A DNA stretch of 64,000 nucleotides from an uncultured delta proteobacterium (GCA_963724765.1 CAVRVY010000003.1:1056001-1120000), one strand, 5' to 3'; counted from the stretch's first letter, positions 32,117-42,716 are shown. A program made the numbers and translations. The notes: generated by a model not told the origin, from the letters alone.

Positions 32117-33415
32117 TCATGGCTCCAGCCGTTCCATCATCCGCGGAAACGGAATCGTCTCGCGGATATGATGCAGCCCGCAGAGCCACGCCACCACCCG
32201 CTCGATTCCCATTCCGAACCCGGCGTGGGGCACCGAGCCGTAGCGCCTCAGATCGAGGTACCAGTTGAGCGGCTCGATGGGCAGGCCGTGCTCGACGATG
32301 CGGGCGCGGAGCGTTCCGTAGTCGTCCTCGCGCTGGCCGCCGCCGATAATCTCGCCGTAGCCCTCGGGCGCCAGCATGTCGACGCAGAGCGCCACCTCGG
32401 GACGCTCGGGGTCGCGCTTCATGTAGAACGCCTTACACTCGGCCGGGTAGCGATGAACCATCACGGGGCGGTCGAACTCGGCGGAGAGCGCCGTTTCCTC
32501 GTCGCCGCCAAGGTCGTCGCCCCATTTGACGGCCAACCCCTTGGCCTTGAGCCGCTCGATTGCCTCGTCGTACGAAATTCGCGGGTAGGGCGTCGCCGCC
32601 GCGCGCCTGAGCGGCTCGAGGTCGCGCTCGAGCGTGGCCAGGTCCGCCGCACGCCGCTCGAGCACGCGACCCACGATGTAGCTGACGAAGTCCTCGGCAA
32701 GCTGCATGTCCTCGACCAGGGTGTAGAAAGCGACCTCCGGCTCGACCATCCAGAACTCGGTCAGATGGCGCCGCGTCTTGGACTTCTCGGCGCGGAAGGT
32801 GGGGCCGAAGCAGTAGACCTTGCCCAATGCGAGCGCTCCGGCCTCGGCGTAGAGCTGGCCGCTTTGCGTGAGATAGGCCTTGCGCTCGCCGAAGTAATCG
32901 ATTTCGAAAAGATTGGTGGTGCCCTCGCACGAGGTCGGGGTCAGGATCGGCGCGTCGAACAATACAAAGCCGCGCTCATGAAAGAACTGGCGCGCGGCGG
33001 AGGCGACCTCGTCGCGTACCCGCAGGATCGCGTGCTGGCGCGCCGAGCGCACCCACAGATGGCGCAGGTCGAGCAGGAAGGCGACTCCGTGCTCCTTGGG
33101 TGTGATCGGATAGTCGGTTGCGGATGCGTAAACTTTGAAACGCTTGACCGTCAGCTCGAAGCCGCCCGGCGCGCGCTTGTCTTCGCGCACCACGCCGGTC
33201 ACCTCGAGCGAGGTCTCCTGCCCGAGATGGTCGGCAGCGGCGAACGAGTCGGCGCCGACTTCATTGAGCAAGGCGACGCATTGGCAAACTCCGGTGCCGT
33301 CGCGCAGCAGCAGGAAGTGGATCTTGCCGCTCGAGCGGCGGTTGTAAAGCCATCCCTTGAGCGTCACTTCGTCGCCCACGTGATGGCCCAGTTCGTCGAT
33401 ATAGACCCACGCCAT
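32117..33415 (-). CDS. asnS: Asparagine-tRNA ligase
   Basis: OB fold [64 protein letters not shown]. Confidence 0.95.
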   Translation of the reverse strand: MAWVYIDELGHHVGDEVTLKGWLYNRRSSGKIHFLLLRDGTGVCQCVALLNEVGADSFAAADHLGQETSLEVTGVVREDKRAPGGFELTVKRFKVYASATDYPITPKEHGVAFLLDLRHLWVRSARQHAILRVRDEVASAARQFFHERGFVLFDAPILTPTSCEGTTNLFEIDYFGERKAYLTQSGQLYAEAGALALGKVYCFGPTFRAEKSKTRRHLTEFWMVEPEVAFYTLVEDMQLAEDFVSYIVGRVLERRAADLATLERDLEPLRRAAATPYPRISYDEAIERLKAKGLAVKWGDDLGGDEETALSAEFDRPVMVHRYPAECKAFYMKRDPERPEVALCVDMLAPEGYGEIIGGGQREDDYGTLRARIVEHGLPIEPLNWYLDLRRYGSVPHAGFGMGIERVVAWLCGLHHIRETIPFPRMMERLEP

Positions 33416-33582
33416 GGAGCTATTTAAGCAGATTGACGCACATTGGCGAGCGCCGGCGATCGGGGCCTGCAGCTCGTTTGCGCAACGCGGTCCTCACGGC
33501 AGTTTTATGCGCGCGCGGCCTTGATGCCGTCGCTCGGGGAACGTTGTTGGGGTGCCTTGTCGCTGATAGGGTTTGACGCGGT

Positions 33583-34152
33583 ATGAACGGGCTCGACTAT
33601 CTGATTCTGGCGGCGATTGGACTAGGCGCGATCTTTGGGGCAGCGCGCGGAATTCTCCGAATCGCTTCGTCGCTGATCGCGCTGGTCGCGGCGGTGTACC
33701 TGGCCGCGCTCTACTACCAGGCGGCCGGCGCGTACCTTGCGCGCGCGTTCTCGATGCGGCCTGCGACCGGCGCGACGCTAGGCTACATCATCGTCTTCAT
33801 TGCCGTGATGGTCATCGTGGCGTGGGGCGGCGCGAAACTCGCCGAGCTTGTTCGCGCCTTGCACATGAGTTGGGTTGACCGGCTCGGGGGCGCGGTGGTT
33901 GGCGCGGCGCTCGGCGCGTTGTTGGCGGGTTTAATCGTGGTGGTCGCGACCGTTACGATGCCGGCCGACACGCCTTTGGTCCGGCAATCGCAGCTTGCGC
34001 CGCGGGTGCTGGACTACAGCCATAACCTGGCGGCCTTCGTCCCCGCGCAGGTGCGCGACGCGTATTACTATCGCGAGGCCCAGCTCATCACGTACTGGAA
34101 TCAGCATAAAGCGCCGCCCGAGCCCGCATCGGGGCCCGCGGCGACGCCATAG
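33583..34152 (+). CDS. cvpA: CvpA family membrane protein
   Basis: MNGLDYLIL..G..RG, DRLGGAVVG, SQLAP. Confidence 0.85.
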   Translation: MNGLDYLILAAIGLGAIFGAARGILRIASSLIALVAAVYLAALYYQAAGAYLARAFSMRPATGATLGYIIVFIAVMVIVAWGGAKLAELVRALHMSWVDRLGGAVVGAALGALLAGLIVVVATVTMPADTPLVRQSQLAPRVLDYSHNLAAFVPAQVRDAYYYREAQLITYWNQHKAPPEPASGPAATP

Positions 34153-34194
34153 CAAATCGGATTGCGGTAAATCGGATCTGGATGGTTGGCGCGG

Positions 34195-34527
34195 TTACGC
34201 GAGCGCGCTGTCGACCGCTTTCACCAGATGGCTCTTCGGCACTGCGCCGACGATCTGTTCCTTGACCTGACCGCTCCTGATGATCAGAAGATTGGGAATT
34301 CCGCGGACCCCGTAACGCGCCGGCGTTTCCGGATTGTCGTCGACGTTTATCTTCACCACCTTGAGCCGGCCGGCATACTCGCCCGCCAACTCCTCGATGA
34401 GTGGAGCGATGGCGCGGCAGGGCGCGCACCACGGTGCCCAAAAATCGATCAGCACCGCCTTGTCGGACTTCAGGACTTCCTGGTCGAAGTTCGCGTCGGT
34501 GACATGGTTCACTAACTCACTGGCCAT
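34195..34527 (-). CDS. trxA: Thioredoxin
   Basis: DFWAPWCAPC, VRGIP. Confidence 0.95.
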   Translation of the reverse strand: MASELVNHVTDANFDQEVLKSDKAVLIDFWAPWCAPCRAIAPLIEELAGEYAGRLKVVKINVDDNPETPARYGVRGIPNLLIIRSGQVKEQIVGAVPKSHLVKAVDSALA

Positions 34528-34736
34528 CGCAACTTTGCTCCTTACCGTTACGTTACACCTTAAAGCTCGCTACAGTTTAAGGCTAAGGACCCCCAGCCGG
34601 GCAGTCAAGGCGCAATCTCTGTTGCGGTCGTGGCGCTTTACGGGCGCGCGCAAGCTCGCAGTTGACACCTTGCAATCGCGCGGCGTTGAATCGTGCCATA
34701 ATGGCACGCTCGAGAGGAACGGCTGAGAGTTGCCGC

Positions 34737-35834
34737 ATGCGCGCGATGGCTGCCGTGGTTGCCATCGTGGTCCTGATAGCCGCAGGCGCGGTGATCGTGC
34801 GTGCCGCGATCGAGCGGGTCGGCGCGCCGGCGCCCGACTTCACCTGCGAGCCATGTCTTAACCACGCGCCGTTCAAGCTGAGCGACCTTCGCGGCAAGGT
34901 CGTGCTGGTCGACTTCTGGGAGTATACCTGCATCAATTGCATTCGTACGTTTCCCTTCCTGCGGCGCTGGGACACGCTCTACCGTCCGCTGGGACTGGTG
35001 ATCGTCGGTGTGCACACGCCCGAGTTCGAGTTCGCCAAGAATCCCGAGCGGGTCGCCGACGCCACCAGGCGCTTCGGCTTCGATTTTCCGGTAGCGATCG
35101 ATAGCGATTACAAAATCTGGTACGCCTTTCACAACGAAGGTTGGCCGGCCGATTACCTTATCGACAAGGACGGCAACGTCGCTTATACGCACATGGGCGA
35201 GGGCGAGTACGGCGACTTCGAGCAGAAGATTCAGGGGCTGCTCAAGCAGGCCAATCCGACGCTCAACTTCAACCAGCCCAGGTATAAGATTCCGGACGAC
35301 GAGAACGTCGAGCTCGGCGGCGGTGTCTGTATGCGCGCCACGCCGGAGACTTACCTGGGCTTCGCCCGCAGCATCAACATCGCGAACCCCGGCGGAGAGA
35401 ACCGCACCCGTCAGAGCGTCTATGCGGCGCCGGCCGAAATCCCGCTTGACGATTTTGCGCTCAATGGAAGGTGGCTCGCGGCGGCCGAGTACGTTCGTCA
35501 CGCCGAGGGCGCCAGGCCGCCTGGGGATTCGGTCGCGCTGCACTATCGCGCCAAGTCGGTCTACCTGGTGGCTGGGTCGGATGACTCGAAACTCCGGCGG
35601 CTCTACTTAACGCAGGACGGCAGGCCGTTAGCCAAGGCAGCGTGGGGAGTCGACGTGCGCGCCGGCAGCGACGGCCGGACCTACGTCGGGCTTGCCGGCA
35701 AACGGATGTATTATCTCGTGAACAACAGCGAGTTCGGCGGCCATCTGCTGCAGCTCTACGCGGCGGAGCCGAGCCTCTCACTCTATTCGTTCACTTTCGG
35801 CAATAACTGCGAGAACAAGTTCGCCCATCGTTGA
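34737..35834 (+). CDS. Exported redoxin with DipZ-like C-terminal domain
   Basis: DFWEYTCINC, GVHTPEF, WPADYLID, GEG.Y, TPETYLG, YSFTFG. Confidence 0.85.
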   Translation: MRAMAAVVAIVVLIAAGAVIVRAAIERVGAPAPDFTCEPCLNHAPFKLSDLRGKVVLVDFWEYTCINCIRTFPFLRRWDTLYRPLGLVIVGVHTPEFEFAKNPERVADATRRFGFDFPVAIDSDYKIWYAFHNEGWPADYLIDKDGNVAYTHMGEGEYGDFEQKIQGLLKQANPTLNFNQPRYKIPDDENVELGGGVCMRATPETYLGFARSINIANPGGENRTRQSVYAAPAEIPLDDFALNGRWLAAAEYVRHAEGARPPGDSVALHYRAKSVYLVAGSDDSKLRRLYLTQDGRPLAKAAWGVDVRAGSDGRTYVGLAGKRMYYLVNNSEFGGHLLQLYAAEPSLSLYSFTFGNNCENKFAHR

Positions 35835-36017
35835 AGGCGGCGGACGTTCCGCCTCGATTGCGACAGCCCCGCGATTCCAGTCGGCGCAGGTTCTGAGTTT
35901 TCCTGTCCCAATTTTGAGTTCGGAACGGCTCTTTGGTGGATTATGACGTATTTTCATACATTTAGGAGTCTATAGACACTAATTTGCCGCTGGTGCAGTA
36001 TACTCATCACAAAGGCG

Positions 36018-36452
36018 ATGGCATCCCGAGCAGTTGGAGAAGAACTGGTCTATCCCTCGCTGGCTGCGGCCCTTCTGACCGCGGCATTCGTGCTGTTGCT
36101 CAGCGGCACCGTTGGAAATTTCCTGATGGAGCGAGATGCGGTGGAGCGCTTCGTCCGCGACTGGCTGCCGATCCTGCCGCCGTTCCTGCAGGCGCTTCCT
36201 CCCTGGGCGCGCGAGGCGCCATTTATCTTTGGCGGTATCGCACTGCTTGCGATCGTGACGGTGCGGCTGCTCGCGGGCGTCCTGCCGGCGGTGGCGCTCT
36301 ATCTGCTGTCTGTGGCCGTTGCCTGTGCAGTGATGCTTCTGGTGCCGCCGACGCGTCTGCCGGCGGACGCCGAGGACTGGGTATTTTTCAGCTATGTGGT
36401 CCTGGCGGCCTTTGTAGGTGGAGCACCGAAACCTTACGAAGATCAAATTTAG
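36018..36452 (+). CDS. Small membrane protein, DUF4118-like 4-TM sensor module without output domain
   Basis: Four hydrophobic helices with a G..PA...LS....LLVPP..L...EDW pattern. Confidence 0.5.
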   Translation: MASRAVGEELVYPSLAAALLTAAFVLLLSGTVGNFLMERDAVERFVRDWLPILPPFLQALPPWAREAPFIFGGIALLAIVTVRLLAGVLPAVALYLLSVAVACAVMLLVPPTRLPADAEDWVFFSYVVLAAFVGGAPKPYEDQI

Positions 36453-36660
36453 GCAAGAGCGGATTCAATTGAGATCCCGATCTGTTCGCGCCGCCGCGTC
36501 GTGCGTCAGCTTGACAGCGATGGCGGCCTCGTGGTCTACCAGCGGAATCGAGCCCGGCAGCCTCCAGTAGCAACATTGACCGGCGCCAGCGTATTCCCGG
36601 AGAAGCCAACCGGCTTAGGGAATCGACGCCTGCGGCAGACCGGATAAGAGGAGAGATGAG

Positions 36661-37746
36661 ATGAAAGCCGCCATATTTCATGGACCCCATCAGCCACTCA
36701 GCATCGAGGAAATCCAGATCGATGAGCCACGCGAACGCGAGGTGCTGGTGCGCACGGTTGCAACCGGCGTGTGCCATAGCGACCTCCACTTCGTCGAGGG
36801 CCTGTGGCCTCATCCCGCGCCCGCCGTGCTTGGCCACGAGGCCGCCGGTATCGTCGAGCGGGTCGGCTCGGAAGTCACATATCTGAAGGCGGGCGATCAC
36901 GTGATCTCGTGTCCGTCGGTCTTCTGCGGCTACTGCAAGCAGTGCATCTCGGGTCATCCGTACAGCTGCACCAACCGTCCCGCGGTCAGGCGCGCCAAGG
37001 GCGACAAGCCGCGGTTGTCCAAGGGCGGCGCGATGATTCGCCAGTTCAGCGACCTCTCGACCTACGCCGAGAAAATGCTGCTGCACGAGAACGCGCTGGT
37101 GAAGATTCGCGACGACATGCCGCTCGATCGCGCCGCGCTCATCGGATGCGGCGTGACCACCGGCGTCGGCGCCGCACTCAACACGGCCAAGGTCGAGCCG
37201 GGCTCGACGGTGGCGGTCTTTGGCGCGGGCGGGATCGGACTTTCCGCGATCCAGGGTGCGCGGATCGCCGGCGCGGCGATGATCATCGCGGTGGACATGT
37301 TCGAGCACAAGCTCGCGACCGCCAAGCGGTTCGGCGCGACTCATACGGTTGACGCGTCATCGACCGATCCGGTCGAGGCGATCCAAAAACTGACCGACGG
37401 CGGAGTCGATTACTCGTTCGAGGCGATCGGGCTGAAAAAAGCCGCCGAGCAGTGTTTCGAGGCCTTGGCGCCCCGCGGCACCGCGACCGTAATTGGCATG
37501 ATCCCGGTGGGGCAGAAGGTCGAAATCGACGGTCCCAAGCTGCTCACCGAACGCCGGATCCAGGGCTCGCTGATGGGCTCGAACCGCTTTCGCATCGACA
37601 TGCCGCGATACATCGATTTCTACCTGCAGGGCCGGCTCAACCTCGACGACATGATCTCGCGCCGCGGCAAGCTCGAGGACGTGAACGAGGCGTTCCGAGC
37701 AATGAAGGCCGGCGAGGTATCGCGCACGGTTTTGATGTTCGAGTGA
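36661..37746 (+). CDS. Zn-dependent alcohol dehydrogenase
   Basis: GVCHSD, GHE, CGYCKQC..C, GCGVTTG, GAGGIG. Confidence 0.93.
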   Translation: MKAAIFHGPHQPLSIEEIQIDEPREREVLVRTVATGVCHSDLHFVEGLWPHPAPAVLGHEAAGIVERVGSEVTYLKAGDHVISCPSVFCGYCKQCISGHPYSCTNRPAVRRAKGDKPRLSKGGAMIRQFSDLSTYAEKMLLHENALVKIRDDMPLDRAALIGCGVTTGVGAALNTAKVEPGSTVAVFGAGGIGLSAIQGARIAGAAMIIAVDMFEHKLATAKRFGATHTVDASSTDPVEAIQKLTDGGVDYSFEAIGLKKAAEQCFEALAPRGTATVIGMIPVGQKVEIDGPKLLTERRIQGSLMGSNRFRIDMPRYIDFYLQGRLNLDDMISRRGKLEDVNEAFRAMKAGEVSRTVLMFE

Positions 37747-37749
37747 TTC

Positions 37750-38020
37750 TCCGCAGACTCCGCTCGGAAGAAGAAGGGTCGTTCGCGAATGGCCCCTTGC
37801 TGATCGAGCGCTTCGAGGCTGAACGCTACTCGCTGAGCGACGCCTCGCCGGTCGAGGTTTTGCGGGAATTGATCGAAGCGCGTGGGATGAAACTTGCCGG
37901 CCTCGCCGCGTTAATCGGCTCCAAGGGCGTGGCGTTGGAGATTCTGAGCGGCAAGCGTGGCCTCAGTAAGTCCAATATCAAACGCCTCGCCGAATACTTC
38001 CGCGTTTCGCCCGTTTCTGT
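37750..38020 (+). pseudogene. Fragment of a HigA-type (XRE HTH) antitoxin
   Basis: LLIERFE..SPVEVLRELIEARGMK..LIGSKG...EILSGKRGLSKSNIKRLAEYF.VSP; no start codon or N-terminal half. Confidence 0.65.
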
Positions 38021-38101
38021 AAGACCCAACGCATTTTTGCTCGCGTCCTCAACACCGTGTACCTTTCGTCCTGGGCAAACCAATCCAGTAGGGGGACGCA
38101 G

Positions 38102-38953
38102 ATGGAATACTTGCTGTACATGTCGACTACCGAACAGATCATCACCGTTACGGTGGTTTTTTCCGGACTAAGTGTTCTGGGGCTCTACATCGTGCGGATC
38201 CTGGTGCCGCTCGAGACGTTGAAGAAGAATCATGAGGTGGCGGGTTTCACGTTTGGAGTGTTGGGCGCCTTCTATGGTTTGCTGCTGGCGTTCGTGATCG
38301 TGGCGGCCTGGGAACGCTTCGATCGGGCCAGCGCGAACGTTCAGGAGGAAGGGGTCGCACTGATCTCTTTGTACCGGCTATCCAAGGGCTTCTCCGCGCC
38401 TGCCGCCAGCGACATGCAGCATACGATCCGTGCGTATACCCATCGGTTGATCGACGTCGAGTGGCCGGCGATGGCGAACTCGAATTTCGCCGGCATCGAT
38501 GACTCACTTGGTACGTTGCCTCTGTGGCAAATTGTCGCGACTTACAAGTCCGACGATCCGCGCCAAACGCTGCTGGTCGATAAGAGTTTTGACCAGCTTT
38601 CAAAGCTCACCGAAGAGACCAGCCTGCGGTATCTATATTCGAGAGAGAACCTGCCGTCGGTGGTGTGGCTGGTGATTTACGCCGGACTGCTGATCACGAT
38701 CGGGTTCAGCTACTTCTTCGGGCTGGAGACCTTCTTTTCGCAGGCGCTTATGTGCGGGGTTTTCTCCACCCTTCTGGGCTTGACCATTCTTGCGATACTC
38801 GAGCTCGCGCATCCCTACCAGGGAACTGTCGTAGTGTCTTCGCAACCGCTCGAATATGCGCTCTCGCGCATGGACGACATGGACAAGGTTGCGGGTGCCG
38901 GCCTCCATCAGGATCCGCCCAGCCCGCAGTTAAGTCCTCTAACAGCCCGCTGA
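38102..38953 (+). CDS. DUF4239-like membrane protein
   Basis: G.FYGLLLAFVIVAAWE, EWPAM, LELAHPYQG..VS..P. Confidence 0.75.
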   Translation: MEYLLYMSTTEQIITVTVVFSGLSVLGLYIVRILVPLETLKKNHEVAGFTFGVLGAFYGLLLAFVIVAAWERFDRASANVQEEGVALISLYRLSKGFSAPAASDMQHTIRAYTHRLIDVEWPAMANSNFAGIDDSLGTLPLWQIVATYKSDDPRQTLLVDKSFDQLSKLTEETSLRYLYSRENLPSVVWLVIYAGLLITIGFSYFFGLETFFSQALMCGVFSTLLGLTILAILELAHPYQGTVVVSSQPLEYALSRMDDMDKVAGAGLHQDPPSPQLSPLTAR

Positions 38954-38975
38954 ATGACCCGTAACGCGCGCCACG

Positions 38976-39848
38976 TCAGACCAGGCGCATCTCTTTCATC
39001 AGCGCGTGCAGCTTCTCGGCCGGGCCGGGCGACATCGGCGTAAGCGGCATCCGCATCTCGGCCGTACACTTGCCCATGAAGGCGAGCGCTTGTTTGACCG
39101 GGATCGGATTGGTCTCGACAAAGATCGCGCGCACCAGCGGCAGCAGCTTGTAATGCAACTCGCGCGCGCGTGCGTAATCGCCCGCCAGTGCCGCCGCCGC
39201 CAACTCATGCGTCTCGCGCGGCATGATGTTGCTGACGGTTGCGATCACGCCCTTGCCTCCGAGCGCCATCAGCGGCAGCGTGAGTGAGTCGTCGCCCGAC
39301 AGGATGGTCAGCCGGTCGCCGCACAGCCGGCGGATGTCGGAGATCTGATCCATCGAGCCCGAGGCTTCTTTGATGCCGACGATATTGCGGATCTCGCACA
39401 GGCGGGCGAAAGTTTCGGGCGCGATGTTGGAGGCGGTGCGTCCGGGGATGTTGTAGACGATGAGCGGCAGATCGACCGCGCCCGCAACCATCTTGTAGTG
39501 CCTGAAGATGCCGTCCTGGGTGGGCTTGTTGTAATACGGCGAGATCATCAATGCGCCATCGGCGCCGGCCTCGCGCGCGGAGGCGGTCAGACGGATTGCC
39601 TCCGCGGTCGAGTTGGAGCCGGTGCCGGCCACCACCGGCACGCGCTTGCGCGTCTGATGGATGACGATCCTGATCACCTGCTCGTGCTCGGAGTGCGTGA
39701 GCGTAGCCGACTCGCCGGTTGAGCCGCACGGCACCAGGCCGTCGACGCCGCCCTGGATCTGAAACTCGACCATCTCGCGCAGCGCCTGCTCGTCGACCTC
39801 GCCGTCGCGAAAAGGGGTTACTAAAGCCGTCAGTGCTCCATTGAACAT
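38976..39848 (-). CDS. dapA: 4-hydroxy-tetrahydrodipicolinate synthase
   Basis: GSTGES, PYYNKP, YNIPGRT, GIKEAS, ETNPIPVK. Confidence 0.97.
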   Translation of the reverse strand: MFNGALTALVTPFRDGEVDEQALREMVEFQIQGGVDGLVPCGSTGESATLTHSEHEQVIRIVIHQTRKRVPVVAGTGSNSTAEAIRLTASAREAGADGALMISPYYNKPTQDGIFRHYKMVAGAVDLPLIVYNIPGRTASNIAPETFARLCEIRNIVGIKEASGSMDQISDIRRLCGDRLTILSGDDSLTLPLMALGGKGVIATVSNIMPRETHELAAAALAGDYARARELHYKLLPLVRAIFVETNPIPVKQALAFMGKCTAEMRMPLTPMSPGPAEKLHALMKEMRLV

Positions 39849-39864
39849 TGGTTCGCCTCCAGGC

Positions 39865-40776
39865 TCACCCGCCAACCGGCACGAGTTCGCCGTCGCCTAC
39901 TTCGACCTCGCCGCTGAACACTTCGACCGCTTCGCCGGTCATCATCACGTGGTTGGCGCTTTCGCCGCGCTCGCGCCATTCGATATCCAGCTTGCCGCCG
40001 CGCAACTCCAGCGTCGCGCGCCGCTCGGCCCGCCCGGTCAGCACGGCCGCGACCAGCGAGGCGCAGGCGCCCGTGCCGCAGGCGAGCGTCTCACCCGAGC
40101 CGCGCTCCCACACCCGCATCCGCAGCCGATCGCGCGAAAGCGGCAGGATGAACTCGGTGTTGACGCGGCGAGGGAAGAACGGATGATGCTCGAACTGGCG
40201 TCCGACGCGGGCGAACTCGGGGTCTTCCAGCGCGAAGACCGCCTCGTCGTCGACGAACACCACGCAATGCGGATTGCCCATCGAGACCGCGGTAATCCGC
40301 CAGGTGCGGCCGCCGGCTTCCAGCAGATGGTCGACGACGCGGCCGTCCGCGGCGACCGGGATTTCGCGCCCTTCGAGGATCGGCTCGCCCATGTCGACGG
40401 TCGCCTCGATGACGCGTCCGCCGTCGAGCTTCAATTCCACGGTCTTGAGCCCGCAGTCGGTCTCGACGACTATCGTATTTTGCGGATCGCGCTGGTTGCG
40501 CGGCCGCGCGGCGCGCTCGTAGTGCAGCCGCGCGACGCAGCGGATTCCGTTGCCGCACATCTCGCCGCGGCTGCCGTCGGCGTTGTACATCTCCATCCGC
40601 ACGTCGGCGCTTTTGGACGGCGCGAGCATGATCAGCCCGTCGCCGCCGATACCGAAGCGGCGGTCGGAGAGCCGCCGCGACATCGCGGCGGGATCGGCGG
40701 GACGCAGGCGGTCGGCGATGACGTAGATATAGTCGTTGCCGCAGCCGTGCATCTTGATGAAGCCGAGCTTCGCCAT
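39865..40776 (-). CDS. dapF: Diaminopimelate epimerase
   Basis: KMHGCGNDY, EMCGNGIRC, GNPH, ERGSGETLACGTGA. Start overlaps the lysA stop (TGATG). Confidence 0.97.
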   Translation of the reverse strand: MAKLGFIKMHGCGNDYIYVIADRLRPADPAAMSRRLSDRRFGIGGDGLIMLAPSKSADVRMEMYNADGSRGEMCGNGIRCVARLHYERAARPRNQRDPQNTIVVETDCGLKTVELKLDGGRVIEATVDMGEPILEGREIPVAADGRVVDHLLEAGGRTWRITAVSMGNPHCVVFVDDEAVFALEDPEFARVGRQFEHHPFFPRRVNTEFILPLSRDRLRMRVWERGSGETLACGTGACASLVAAVLTGRAERRATLELRGGKLDIEWRERGESANHVMMTGEAVEVFSGEVEVGDGELVPVGG

Positions 40777-42044
40777 CAGGCGGGCCCTCCGGGCGGCAGG
40801 TTGACGATCTTTTCGCCGCGCACGAGGTCCTCGAAGCTCTCGCGCTCGCGCACCACGTGGGCCTCTGCGCCGTCGACCAGTATCTCCGGCGCGCGGGGGC
40901 GGCTGTTGTAGTTCGACGCCATCACGAAGCCGTAGGCGCCCGCGCTCATCACGGCCAGCAGGTCGCCGTCGCGCGGCTTGGGCATCTCGCGCTCGCGCGC
41001 GAAGAAATCCCCGCTCTCGCATACCGGTCCGACCACGTCGGCGGTTACGACCGAGCCGCCGGTGCGCCGATCGACCGGCAGTATCTGGTGGTAGGCCTCG
41101 TAAAGTATTGGCCGGATGAGATCGTTCATCGCGCCGTCGACCACGATGAAGCGCTTAACGTCGGTCTCTTTCACATAAAGCACGCGCGTCACCAGCGCGC
41201 CGGCATTGCCGACCAGCACGCGGCCCGGCTCGATAATCAGTTTCAGTCCGAGTCCGCGCAGCGGGCCGAGCAGCGCGGCCGCGTACTCCGAGGGCGGTGG
41301 CGGCTCTTCCTGGTACGGGATGCCCAGGCCGCCGCCGAGATCGAGGTAGCGCAGCGCCACGCCGCTCTCGCGGAGCGCCTTGACGATTATCGCGACCTTG
41401 TTGGCCGCCTCGGTGAACGGCGAAGTGTCGGTTATCTGAGATCCGATATGGGTGCTGAGCCCGACCAGCTCGAGGTCCGGGAGCGAGCGCGCCTCGGCAT
41501 AGTACTCGTGCACCTGGGCGAGCGGTATCCCGAACTTGCTGTCGCGATGGCCGGTCGAGATATGCGGATGGGTGCCAGGGTCGAGGTCGGGGTTGACCCG
41601 CAGGCTGACCGGGGCGCGCCGATGCATCCGGGCGGCGACGCTCGCCACGCGATGCAATTCGGGGCCGGACTCGACGTTGATCATCAGGATGCCCGCTTCG
41701 ATCGCGGCCTTCAACTCTTCGTCGGTCTTGCCCACGCCGGAAAAAACGATCTTGCCAGGCTCGGCGCCAGCCTTAAGGCACCGCATCAGCTCGCCTACCG
41801 ACACGATGTCGAAGCCCGAGCCCATCGCGGCGAACAGCTTGAGCACGCTGAGATTCGACAGCGCCTTCATCGCGTAGCAGATCAGATGGTCGGTGCCGGC
41901 GAAGGCCTCGTCCATGACGCGGTAGTGGCGGCGCAGCGTGCGCGTGCTGTAGACGTAAAATGGGGTGCCGAAACGCGCAGCGAGGTCCGAAACCGCAACC
42001 TCCTCAGCGAACAGCCGATTGTCCTTGTAAGCGAAGTAGTTCAT
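40776..42044 (-). CDS. lysA: Diaminopimelate decarboxylase
   Basis: YAMKA, HIGSQ, EPGR, GPVCESGD, MASNYNSR. Confidence 0.97.
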   Translation of the reverse strand: MNYFAYKDNRLFAEEVAVSDLAARFGTPFYVYSTRTLRRHYRVMDEAFAGTDHLICYAMKALSNLSVLKLFAAMGSGFDIVSVGELMRCLKAGAEPGKIVFSGVGKTDEELKAAIEAGILMINVESGPELHRVASVAARMHRRAPVSLRVNPDLDPGTHPHISTGHRDSKFGIPLAQVHEYYAEARSLPDLELVGLSTHIGSQITDTSPFTEAANKVAIIVKALRESGVALRYLDLGGGLGIPYQEEPPPPSEYAAALLGPLRGLGLKLIIEPGRVLVGNAGALVTRVLYVKETDVKRFIVVDGAMNDLIRPILYEAYHQILPVDRRTGGSVVTADVVGPVCESGDFFAREREMPKPRDGDLLAVMSAGAYGFVMASNYNSRPRAPEILVDGAEAHVVRERESFEDLVRGEKIVNLPPGGPA

Positions 42045-42206
42045 GTGTGAGGCTCGCCCGCGGGGCGCATTGCGCGCGCGGCCGAGTAGCCATCGTTTTT
42101 ATCACAGGCGCGCCGAATCGATAAACCGGTGCGCGCCCATCTCATTTACCGATTGGTCCCATGATTGGTCCTGACGAGGCCCCGATGCCTCCTTTCGCGG
42201 CGCGGC

Positions 42207-42716
42207 TTAGGGCGTCGGCGCCGGCGTCGGCATGTCCGAAAGCGGGGCGGCCATCGGCAACTTGAAGTTCTCAGGCGTGAGCGGCGGCGGGGGCGGCGTG
42301 CGAGTCTGCTGGACGACGTTGGAGGGGTCGCTCTGGTAGCCGTCGGAGGTTTCAGCGATCATCGAATAGCGATAGTTATGGCCCATCTGGGCGGTGGTGT
42401 CGATGTAGGCGAAGCGGCGCACCTTCTGAAAGCGCTCCTGGTCGGTTACCGGCAGCTCGGCGATATCGGTAGGAGACGCGTCGCCCTCCGAGCGCAGCAG
42501 GCGGAAGCCCGCCAGGTCTTTCAACGACGCGCCGCCGCTGTATTTCAGCGGCCGACTCCAGGTCAGCCGGATACCTTTGGGGTCCGACACGGCCGTGAGA
42601 TCATTGACCCGATCCGGATGAGTCAGCTCGGGCGCAACCGGACGGCTCTTCGCGCCGCATCCGGGCGCCATCGCAATCGCCATTACCGCCGCCGCCAAAA
42701 TCCACCACCGCTTCAT
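42207..42716 (-). CDS. Lipoprotein with an LptM/LppL-like N-terminus and a fibronectin-III-like domain
   Basis: Lipobox APG-C, then CGAKSRPVAP; LTW..P, Y.D, Y.Y, S.PSN pattern; located upstream of lysA. Confidence 0.6.
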   Translation of the reverse strand: MKRWWILAAAVMAIAMAPGCGAKSRPVAPELTHPDRVNDLTAVSDPKGIRLTWSRPLKYSGGASLKDLAGFRLLRSEGDASPTDIAELPVTDQERFQKVRRFAYIDTTAQMGHNYRYSMIAETSDGYQSDPSNVVQQTRTPPPPPLTPENFKLPMAAPLSDMPTPAPTP

